64,000 nt of DNA from a virus: IMG/VR virus record IMGVR_UViG_3300045421_000501, positions 1 to 64,000 of that record. The stretch is one strand, 5' to 3'. The position numbers and the translations under genes were made by a program. The stretch's first letter is position 1, and every line of letters starts with the position of its first letter. Shown here in pieces: positions 30,356 to 38,252 of this stretch. The notes under the pieces were generated by a model, which did no database searches, was not told where the DNA came from, and was given only the letters and a program-made list of their open reading frames with translations.

Positions 30356-31168
30356 ATGGCAATCGATAAGGGAAAGCAATTTGAATATGCTATGATGAAA
30401 GTAGCATATTCTAGGATTATTGATCCATCTTTAGATGAACTAAATCAACTTAAAAAATTGGAGATTCAAGCAATTGAAAACGAAGTTCAAGTTGCTGCAA
30501 ATAGAATGCTTGATAGCATTAAACCAAGCAATCCAGAACCTTTTTATAAATCTTTTAGGCAACTTGGTGGATCTAGTCCCGAACCCAAAACCGATGTTTC
30601 TTTTGTAAAAAATGGAATGAAATATAAGTGTTCTATGAAATGGGGAGATTCATATCAATTGTCCAGCGCAGGAATACAGGGGACAATAAATGTATTGAAT
30701 AATGTATTATTAAAAGTTGCTATGGCTAATTCAATGAATCCAAATTCAATAATTCAAATTGCACAAGTTTTAGATGAATTATCTGAGACTTTGGGAAGTG
30801 GACCAAAAAAACAAACACAACCAGTAATGAAAGCAATCTTAGATCAGGCAAAACGTTCTGGTGGATTGAATGATAAATTGCAAAATATTCTTGGTTCTAG
30901 AAGAAATCCAGAATCTGATAAATTATTTTTAACATTTAAGCGAGAAGTTGTCAGAGAATCTTTGACTGGGGAAATGCTTTTTGGGGCACATAGTGATAAG
31001 GCAGCAAATTATGTTTTAACTGATAGAGAACTAAAACCAATCAATAATGAATTAGTGAATCAAATTGCAGATAAAACATATATTGATATTCGTTTGAAGG
31101 GTAGAGGAAAAGATGCTTCCGGAGTTAGATTGAATGAAGCTGTTGTTCGAATCGAACCAATAACATGA
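30356..31168 (+). CDS. Putative PD-(D/E)xK-fold nuclease-like protein
   Basis: GKQFE...PKTD...KCSMK pattern resembles a restriction-endonuclease-like catalytic motif. Confidence 0.45.
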   Translation: MAIDKGKQFEYAMMKVAYSRIIDPSLDELNQLKKLEIQAIENEVQVAANRMLDSIKPSNPEPFYKSFRQLGGSSPEPKTDVSFVKNGMKYKCSMKWGDSYQLSSAGIQGTINVLNNVLLKVAMANSMNPNSIIQIAQVLDELSETLGSGPKKQTQPVMKAILDQAKRSGGLNDKLQNILGSRRNPESDKLFLTFKREVVRESLTGEMLFGAHSDKAANYVLTDRELKPINNELVNQIADKTYIDIRLKGRGKDASGVRLNEAVVRIEPIT

Positions 31169-31455
31169 ATGAAATTATAAAATTATATGCGTCTTCAATA
31201 AAACGCAATCAAATTATGAAAAAAGAAATTGAAGATTTTATGATATTTTATATTCATTTTTGCAAACAGTATAAAGACAAGAAGAATAAATACTTACAAT
31301 ATACGAAGGTTGGACTTATATTTATCCAACAAAATCAAAAATTAATATACGACAAGATTAATGAAGAGTTTTTATCAGTTCATCAGCGAAGCAAGAATAA
31401 CTCAAGCCTCGACTCAGGCAAAGCGTCTAGGGTTGGTAGGAAATGGACACGGTGA
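31165..31455 (+). CDS. Hypothetical protein
   Basis: Coupled start (ATGA); overlaps the next ORF by about 95 nt. Confidence 0.45.
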   Translation: MNEIIKLYASSIKRNQIMKKEIEDFMIFYIHFCKQYKDKKNKYLQYTKVGLIFIQQNQKLIYDKINEEFLSVHQRSKNNSSLDSGKASRVGRKWTR

Positions 31456-32242
31456 CTGGTATACAAGACAAGGAGAATTAAAAGCAAAAACTATAAATGG
31501 GAAATTGCATTTATATACTGCAAAAGAATTGCAGAAAAATTCTTTAGGACAAGAAACAAATTCCTCAAATATAACAAGTTCAAATGCAAGTGGAGCGAAA
31601 GGAAAACCTTCTCTACAAAGAAGAACGACTCTGATTGAACCACCACAAAAATCGAAAAAAAAATCAACAACTAAGAAAAAATCCTCAAATGAATTAATAG
31701 TAAAAAATACGAATAAACCATTGACTGTAGTATTTGATTCTTTTGATGATGATAATATAAGTAATAATATTATCAAAACAGTAAAGGATTTGGGTGGAGA
31801 GTTTTATATTTTTCCAAGTAGAAACTCAAATATTAAAGAATTGAAATTAAAATTTGATAAAAAAATAAGTGATAGAATAGTTGATAATAAAAATGCAGAA
31901 AACATTTATGATGTTCTTCAGAGTATTAACGATGCTGGAGTTGATTCTGTAAATATTGTCGTTCGTCAAAGTCGGATGAAAACTATTACGAATCTTTCCC
32001 AAGAACAAAATGGAGTTTTATATGATTATCAAATGATAAATATCATTCCTGTAGATGAAAGAAGTGTAAGAGAACAATATATTTCGGGAGACATATTTAC
32101 ATTAGGATCACTTATAGAATCAAATGGAATGATTGGTAAAATTGTGAGAAGAGGATCAAATCATTTAATTTGCACAACGAATGATGGAAATATGTTTAAG
32201 TCCTTTATAAATAATGCAAGTGAAATAAAAATAAATTTATGA
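31361..32242 (+). CDS. Cyanophage cytidyltransferase-like protein with degenerate active site; T4-like capsid-targeting N-terminus
   Basis: MKSFYQFISEAR, AKRLGLVGNGHGDWY, REQYISGDIF, GKIVRRGSNHLIC; the family FGRFNPPTxGH motif is absent. Confidence 0.65.
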   Translation: MKSFYQFISEARITQASTQAKRLGLVGNGHGDWYTRQGELKAKTINGKLHLYTAKELQKNSLGQETNSSNITSSNASGAKGKPSLQRRTTLIEPPQKSKKKSTTKKKSSNELIVKNTNKPLTVVFDSFDDDNISNNIIKTVKDLGGEFYIFPSRNSNIKELKLKFDKKISDRIVDNKNAENIYDVLQSINDAGVDSVNIVVRQSRMKTITNLSQEQNGVLYDYQMINIIPVDERSVREQYISGDIFTLGSLIESNGMIGKIVRRGSNHLICTTNDGNMFKSFINNASEIKINL

Positions 32243-32940
32243 CTAATTTAATTTTGACAAATGGAAAAGTTGAAAATACTTGGTTTAGGGATTTTTTTGA
32301 AAATAAAAAATATAAAAATATAGGGTTGAGATTATCAAGTGGAACAGATTCTGCTTTAGTATTATTTTTTCTTGCAAAATTTATTTTAGAAACTGAAAGT
32401 TTTGATATTAAAGTATTTCCTTTTCTTGGATTAAATTTAAATAATAAAAGTTATAATCCCGAACCAAAAGCAAAAAAAATTGTAGATATAATTCAAAAAT
32501 TATATTCAAAATCTAAAATTGAAGATTTAAAAGTATTTGAATATTCTCATTTAGACTCTTCTGTAAATAAAAATGTTTATATAGATATTGGAAAAAATGC
32601 ATATACTGAGGAAAAAAATATTGAACTTTGGTTGACAGGAGCGACATTAAATCCACCTAAAGCAATTCGTGACTTATATGATATAAATTCACAAAAAGTT
32701 GGGTTTAGGGATGATTCAGTTCAACATGCAAAATTTAATAATCCAGAAACTGCTCCTTGGTTGATGGTGAATAAAAAATTTATAGCACATCAGTATTATA
32801 AATATAATTTAATGGAAAATATATTTCCATTAACAGAATCTTGTATATCTCAAGTAAAACCGTTTCCATGTAAAAAATGCTTTTGGTGTGTTGAAAAATA
32901 TTGGGCATTTGGAATGTATGATAATTGTGACACTAAATAA
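32239..32940 (+). CDS. PP-loop ATPase, QueC-like family
   Basis: LSSGTDSAL PP-loop and TESC...CKKCFWC Cys cluster; TATAAATA at 32206-32213. Confidence 0.65.
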   Translation: MTNLILTNGKVENTWFRDFFENKKYKNIGLRLSSGTDSALVLFFLAKFILETESFDIKVFPFLGLNLNNKSYNPEPKAKKIVDIIQKLYSKSKIEDLKVFEYSHLDSSVNKNVYIDIGKNAYTEEKNIELWLTGATLNPPKAIRDLYDINSQKVGFRDDSVQHAKFNNPETAPWLMVNKKFIAHQYYKYNLMENIFPLTESCISQVKPFPCKKCFWCVEKYWAFGMYDNCDTK

Positions 32941-32965
32941 AGTATAGAAAACATTTACGAGTAAA

Positions 32966-34381
32966 ATGAGTAATCCTTGGGTAGAATCGTTCGAAGAACT
33001 CCGTAGACCATTTTTGTTTGAGGGTGAGGAAAAACTCAAGCAAAGAAATAAAAATGAGATGCTGCGTAAGGCAGGCAATCTTGCTCGTGAAGTAGTTTCT
33101 ACTCCTAACACTGAGAAAAATGCTGTAAAAAGAGGCGCAGCAATGGATAGAATGAGCAAACTTGTACGTGCGATTGCTGGTGATGACGAAAGAAAGAGAT
33201 TTGAACGTACTGGACAATCACCAGCACATAATCCAGGATATCGAGGTGAAGAAGTTGAAATGAAAGGAGAAGATCCCTGTTGGAAAGGGTATCAGATGGT
33301 CGGAACAAAGAAAAAAGGAAATCGTGAAGTTCCTAACTGTGTTCCTAAAAAAACTAATGAAGAAGTTAAAATGAAAGGAGAAGATCCCTGTTGGAAAGGG
33401 TATCAGATGGTCGGAACAAAGAAAAAAGGAAATCGTGAAGTTCCTAACTGTGTTCCTAAAAAAACTAATGAAGCCGTAGATCAGGACAACGATGGCGATA
33501 ACGATTTTGCCGACATTATGATTCGAAGAATGGTTAGTTCTGGAAAAATGTCGAAGGCACAAGCAATTGAAAAAACTAAAAATAAATCTTATAATAAAAA
33601 ATCAGGAATTAAAAAAGAACAGTATTCAAATTGGAGAAATGAATTAGAAGAATTTGAAAATATTATAGAGGCATTAGTTTCTTCTGGAGAACAAACCGAA
33701 AAAATTGAGGATAGAAGAAAGAGTGGAAATAAAAATAAAGTAGATATTAATCCCACTTTAAAATTAGAAGAAGATCAGTATGAAGATAATGAATTAAATG
33801 AAAAAACATTAACTGCTGCCGAAACTAAAAAAAAAGAACATATTGTAATGTCAATGAAATCTAAATTGAAAGATTTTGAACAAAGATATCCTGGTCGTGG
33901 AAAGGAAGTAATGTATGCAACAGCTACTAAAATGGCAAAAGAAAATTCTTTAGACTATTGGTTAGATGAGGCAAGAAATGAAACCTCGGCAGAACGTTAT
34001 GCAAGACTTCGTGCATCTGAAATGTCTTCTGTTGATAAAAATAGACAAAAAAAACAGAGAGAAAGGCAAACAAAATTAGAATCTGAAGCAGATAAAATTC
34101 TTGCTGGATTTAGTAAAAAAGGAACCGGAATTTCAAAAACAAAATCTCCAGAAAAACCAGAGACTCCAGAAGCAAATCGTAGATTAAAACCTGGAGAAAA
34201 AAAAGATACTCTTGCAACAAGAGCTTCTCAGGCAATGAAAGAAGAGGAAGAAAAAAATAATAAAAAACCAAAATACATGTATTCTAAAAATCCAAAATAT
34301 GCTCGTCCACAAAAAGATGATCCTTATGGTAGAGGTGGTGGGTCAAAAGTAAGAACTCACGATAAAGGATGGGACGAATAA
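32966..34381 (+). CDS. Modular charged putative internal head protein
   Basis: Concatenated modules (2x DPCWKGYQMVGTKKK..VPNCVP, DQDNDGDNDFAD, KEVMYATATKMA) separated by Glu-ending linkers. Confidence 0.65.
   Translation: MSNPWVESFEELRRPFLFEGEEKLKQRNKNEMLRKAGNLAREVVSTPNTEKNAVKRGAAMDRMSKLVRAIAGDDERKRFERTGQSPAHNPGYRGEEVEMKGEDPCWKGYQMVGTKKKGNREVPNCVPKKTNEEVKMKGEDPCWKGYQMVGTKKKGNREVPNCVPKKTNEAVDQDNDGDNDFADIMIRRMVSSGKMSKAQAIEKTKNKSYNKKSGIKKEQYSNWRNELEEFENIIEALVSSGEQTEKIEDRRKSGNKNKVDINPTLKLEEDQYEDNELNEKTLTAAETKKKEHIVMSMKSKLKDFEQRYPGRGKEVMYATATKMAKENSLDYWLDEARNETSAERYARLRASEMSSVDKNRQKKQRERQTKLESEADKILAGFSKKGTGISKTKSPEKPETPEANRRLKPGEKKDTLATRASQAMKEEEEKNNKKPKYMYSKNPKYARPQKDDPYGRGGGSKVRTHDKGWDE
33247..33473 (+). 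repeat. 111-bp in-frame tandem duplication
   Basis: Two copies offset by 111 nt with a single mismatch (GAA/AAA). Confidence 0.95.
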
Positions 34382-34415
34382 ATTATAAATAAATAGCTAA
34401 AAAGTATTTAAAAAA

Positions 34416-35050
34416 ATGAATTTTCAGAAAAGAGCAGAGAAAGATGAAGAAAAATATGGTGATTCTATATATACACAATCAGTTGCACAACAATCAAGAG
34501 ACGCACTCAAACGTTATTTGAGGGCAGGTTATAGTAAGCATGGTGCTGGTGATGTGAGAGGAAGAGGTAATAGAGCAAGAAGAAGAGCAGCAACACTTCA
34601 AAGAAACCATTATGACCCTTATGATCTTATCTTCTCACACTTACTTGATGAAGGATATGTTGAAACACCAGAAGCAGCAGAAGTAATTATGGTGAATATG
34701 AGTGAAGAATGAATAGAGGCGTATGGCGTTGAATTGCATGAAATCTCACAAACGACAGCAACTAAAGAATATGCTGCAAGTTCAGCTGGTGAGTTTGGAG
34801 ATCAAAATTCTTAAAGAGATATAAACAGAACTGATAACCTTAGACAACATATTGAAAGAAAGTTTGGAAAAAAGCAGCAGAGCACGCAGATGCGGCTGTG
34901 GACGCTCAAACCTTTGGTCGTAAAGATAAAAGTGGAAGAAGACAACAAAGACCAGAACCAAGAATTCAAACGAGTGATTACAGAATCACTAAAGATGGTA
35001 AAATGCATAAGCAAGACCAGAGACAGTTAAAGACAAAGTTAGGTGGGTAG
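34416..35050 (+). pseudogene. Decaying modular virion-type gene (intact part 34416-34712)
   Basis: MSEE-TGA where Trp is expected, second stop at 34812, frameshift in the A6 run at 34868-34873; protein-like reading continues to TAG 35050; TATAAATA at 34384. Confidence 0.65.
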
Positions 35051-35111
35051 ACTGAAATTATTTTCAAAAAATCAATATAATAAATAAAATTGAATACATA
35101 TAGAGGATAAT

Positions 35112-35303
35112 ATGACACCAGTAATTCTTTTTGCAGCAGCTTCTCAAATTTTTACAGCAGCAAATGTTCAGTTAGGATTGGGAATTCTTTTGGCAATATC
35201 TGAAGTTTTAGGGGCAGATTCTAGAATTAAAGCAAATGGAATTGTTTCATTTATTATAATTCAAGTTCAAAATTTAATCAAAACTCAAAAGACAAAAGTT
35301 TAA
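35112..35303 (+). CDS. Small hydrophobic hypothetical protein
   Basis: GAGG RBS, hydrophobic helix, LLAISEVLG...IKANG. Confidence 0.65.
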   Translation: MTPVILFAAASQIFTAANVQLGLGILLAISEVLGADSRIKANGIVSFIIIQVQNLIKTQKTKV

Positions 35304-35327
35304 TTTTAATTTCAAAATTCAAAAAAT

Positions 35328-35353
35328 GAGTCCTGAGAAAGGGCTCTTTTTTT
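35328..35353 (+). terminator. Rho-independent terminator
   Basis: GAGTCCT-GAGAA-AGGGCTC hairpin then T7; late promoter TATAAATA follows at 35356-35363. Confidence 0.8.
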
Positions 35354-35390
35354 ATTATAAATATTTAAACAAAAGTAGTAAAAATCTAAA

Positions 35391-36224
35391 ATGGCACTCT
35401 GGGGAAAATCTGATAGTCTTTACTCAACCGGAACAGTATCCGTAAATTATGCAACAAAAGTGATTACCGGTTCTGGTACTTCATTTACCGCTGCTGGTAT
35501 TTCCACTGGAGATGTTATTAGTATTGGTGTTGGAAAAACTTATGGTGAAGCAGTAATCAGAACGGTTGTTTCTAATACTCAAATTACAATTGCATCTACT
35601 CAATTTTTGAGTGGAAGTGCAATTTCTGGAATTGGATATACAATTTCAGAAAAACCATCATATACATTACATGATTCTGATCTTTCGGTATTGACTGCAC
35701 CAGCAACAACTCGAATTGTTGGTGTTGATACTACCGAAGTTCATTCTGCAGATCATTATGCTCATGCGGGATGGGTTGGAATTTTAACTTATATTGATCA
35801 GCATGGAAGATTGAGAAGGAAAAGTGAAGTTTTAGTTGCATTTTCTGGAATTACTACAGGAACTCCTTCTTATACTTCTTCTGGAGATGCTGATGGTGAT
35901 GATCAAATTGCACCAGATCGTAGAATTACAATTAATACACAACCATCCAGTGTAGGTGTTGGAACTACAGCAGTAGCAACATTTGTTGTGCTTGCATCAG
36001 TACTTCCATCTGCAGCACTAACATATCAATGGCAATACTCATCTAATGCTGGTATTGCTTATACAGCACTTTCAAATGGTGGAGCATATGCAGGAACGGG
36101 AACTACTACACTAACAGTAACTAATAGTAGTAATGCACTCAATGGATACTATTATCGCGCAGTTGTAACTTCTCCAGATGCAAATCCACAAACATCCAAT
36201 GCAGCTTTAATGACAGTTTCTTAA
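35391..36224 (+). CDS. Virion structural protein with a C-terminal Ig-like domain
   Basis: MALWG start, HAGWVG, ITINTQP...LTYQWQYS...YYYRAVV Ig signature. Confidence 0.75.
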   Translation: MALWGKSDSLYSTGTVSVNYATKVITGSGTSFTAAGISTGDVISIGVGKTYGEAVIRTVVSNTQITIASTQFLSGSAISGIGYTISEKPSYTLHDSDLSVLTAPATTRIVGVDTTEVHSADHYAHAGWVGILTYIDQHGRLRRKSEVLVAFSGITTGTPSYTSSGDADGDDQIAPDRRITINTQPSSVGVGTTAVATFVVLASVLPSAALTYQWQYSSNAGIAYTALSNGGAYAGTGTTTLTVTNSSNALNGYYYRAVVTSPDANPQTSNAALMTVS

Positions 36225-36231
36225 TATAATA

Positions 36232-36603
36232 ATGAAGTTTGAACATCTGAATGAAGATAATTATCTTCTCTTTGCCATAAAATATTATGAAAATCCCTAT
36301 GGATCAACCATGGAGGATTTTGAAGAAGATTTGAGAAGATTTAAGTATATAAAAAGATTATTGAAAAAATATGCAACACAAAATGAATTGAAACATCATT
36401 TGATTTTGAATCATATTATTATTTGTTTTAATATTTTTGGAGATGCAACAATACCTCTTTTATTTTTTAAAATTGAAAAAGAATATTGGTCGATCTTAAA
36501 AACCTTTTTATTATTTCTAAATCGAATACCAGAATATCCAAAAAGTGAATTGAATGATATTCCAATAGATGAAAAATGCAATAATATTTTAAGTTCAATC
36601 TAA
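36232..36603 (+). CDS. Conserved T4-like hypothetical protein
   Basis: FAIKYYENP, FEEDLRRFKYIKRL, LILNHII. Confidence 0.75.
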   Translation: MKFEHLNEDNYLLFAIKYYENPYGSTMEDFEEDLRRFKYIKRLLKKYATQNELKHHLILNHIIICFNIFGDATIPLLFFKIEKEYWSILKTFLLFLNRIPEYPKSELNDIPIDEKCNNILSSI

Positions 36604-36845
36604 TGAATAATTCAAAGTTGGATCGTATAATAAATATTATTAGAGAAGATATGATGGTAACTGACCCAGCTAAGACAAATACGCCAGGATTTAGTGCTAG
36701 TGCAAATCAACCAGTTTCTGGATTTGATCCGATTATGGACCTTAGGCGTAAATATGGTAAAAAATTGAATCTTTTTTATCGTACACGTATCAAGGATATA
36801 AAAAATGCTGAACGGAGATCTAAAGGCACGAACCGCAGTGCTTGA
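36603..36845 (+). CDS. Hypothetical protein
   Basis: LDRIINIIRE...GFDPIM; coupled to its neighbours. Confidence 0.6.
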   Translation: MNNSKLDRIINIIREDMMVTDPAKTNTPGFSASANQPVSGFDPIMDLRRKYGKKLNLFYRTRIKDIKNAERRSKGTNRSA

Positions 36846-37242
36846 ACAAAAAAGTTCAAATCAAGAAAAATTAATTGAAAAAGTTGACGCTGCAATTCAA
36901 GTAATGAAAGAAGTGGTGGAAAATGTTTCAAAAATGTTAGCTGTTCATAATGAAAGAATTGAACAATCTAGCAAAGCTGATAATATTATTATCAGTATGA
37001 TTAAGGAAATGAAAACAGAACTTGAAGCAGAAGATGTAGATCTTGGTGATAGAATAGACGAAATTAGTATAAAACTAGAAGATATGAAAAAAGTAAAGTG
37101 GATAACAGTGGGAGTAGGATTATTTACTGCTGTTACTGTAGGAGCTATTTCGACACTTGCTTCTGGATTATTGACACCTGGAGAATTAGGTGTTAGAATG
37201 GAGCATCGTTATGTTCCGAATCCAGAAAATATTAAAAAATGA
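36805..37242 (+). CDS. Coiled-coil protein with a C-terminal transmembrane helix
   Basis: AVLEQK, MLAVHNERI, WITVGVGLFTAVTVGAI. Confidence 0.65.
   Translation: MLNGDLKARTAVLEQKSSNQEKLIEKVDAAIQVMKEVVENVSKMLAVHNERIEQSSKADNIIISMIKEMKTELEAEDVDLGDRIDEISIKLEDMKKVKWITVGVGLFTAVTVGAISTLASGLLTPGELGVRMEHRYVPNPENIKK
37171..37199 (+). promoter_or_regulatory. Sigma70-like promoter upstream of primase
   Basis: TTGACA-N17-TAGAAT with extended TG. Confidence 0.65.
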
Positions 37243-38252
37243 TTTATGTTGATGTAAAATATATTGGACTAATTTCTTGCAGACTACAAAAATTTAGTAA
37301 AAAAAAGGAAAATCTTTATAATTTTAGATGCCCTTATTGTGGCGATTCTCAAAAAAATAAAAATCGTACAAGAGCATATTTTTATCAACGCAAATCTGAT
37401 TTTAATTTTAAGTGCCATAATTGTGGAATTTCAAAATCATTCACATATTTTTTGAAAGATTTGGATAGTCAAATCTATGATGAATATATTTTGGAAAGAT
37501 ATCGAGAAGGATTATCCGGAAAGGGAACAGTGTGTCCTGAACCCGAGTTCAAATTTAAAAAACCAGTTTTTGGTGCAAGTAAACCTGTAAATAAATTAAA
37601 TATTCCAACGATTGCAGATTTGGATAAACTTCATCCTGCAAGAGTATATTTGGAGAATAGAAAAATACCGGAAAAATTCTATTCCAAATTATACTATGCA
37701 GAAAAATTTAAGGAATGGACAAACACTCAAAAACACACATTCAATTCAATTGAGAAAGATGAGTCTCGAATTATTATTCCTCTTATAAATCATGGCGAAA
37801 TATTTGGATATCAGGGAAGAAGTTTGAATAAAGATTCAAATGTTAAGTATATTACAATTATTCTAAATGATAAACATCCTAAAATATTTGGATTAGATAA
37901 TCTAAATTATGAAAAACCAGTTTACATCGTAGAAGGTCCTTTTGATTCGATGTTTTTGAACAATTCAATAGCAATGGTTGGAGCGGATTTTGATAAAATG
38001 TTTTTTATTAGTAATTTTAATGTTGACTTTGTGATGGTTTATGATAATGAAAAACGTAATAAAGAAATTGTGAATCGAATTGAAACTGCAATTGATTATA
38101 AATTTCCCGTAGTAATTTGGCCAAATGATCTAAAGGAAAAAGATATTAATGATATGATACTAGCAGGTAAATGTCCTGAAAAAATAATTAGTGAAAATAC
38201 TTTTAGTGGTTTAGAAGCAAAAACAAAACTTATTGGATGGAAAAGAGTATGA
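37239..38252 (+). CDS. gp61: DNA primase
   Basis: CPYCGDS...CHNC zinc finger, VEGPFDS, YDNE, KDINDM TOPRIM motifs. Confidence 0.96.
   Translation: MIYVDVKYIGLISCRLQKFSKKKENLYNFRCPYCGDSQKNKNRTRAYFYQRKSDFNFKCHNCGISKSFTYFLKDLDSQIYDEYILERYREGLSGKGTVCPEPEFKFKKPVFGASKPVNKLNIPTIADLDKLHPARVYLENRKIPEKFYSKLYYAEKFKEWTNTQKHTFNSIEKDESRIIIPLINHGEIFGYQGRSLNKDSNVKYITIILNDKHPKIFGLDNLNYEKPVYIVEGPFDSMFLNNSIAMVGADFDKMFFISNFNVDFVMVYDNEKRNKEIVNRIETAIDYKFPVVIWPNDLKEKDINDMILAGKCPEKIISENTFSGLEAKTKLIGWKRV

Noticed and set aside
34710-34712. TGA recoding (Trp or Sec) or an alternative genetic code
   Set aside because: TGA is a normal stop in many core genes here (gp19, gp23, gp46), no suppressor tRNA is present, and further lesions follow, so pseudogenisation is simpler.
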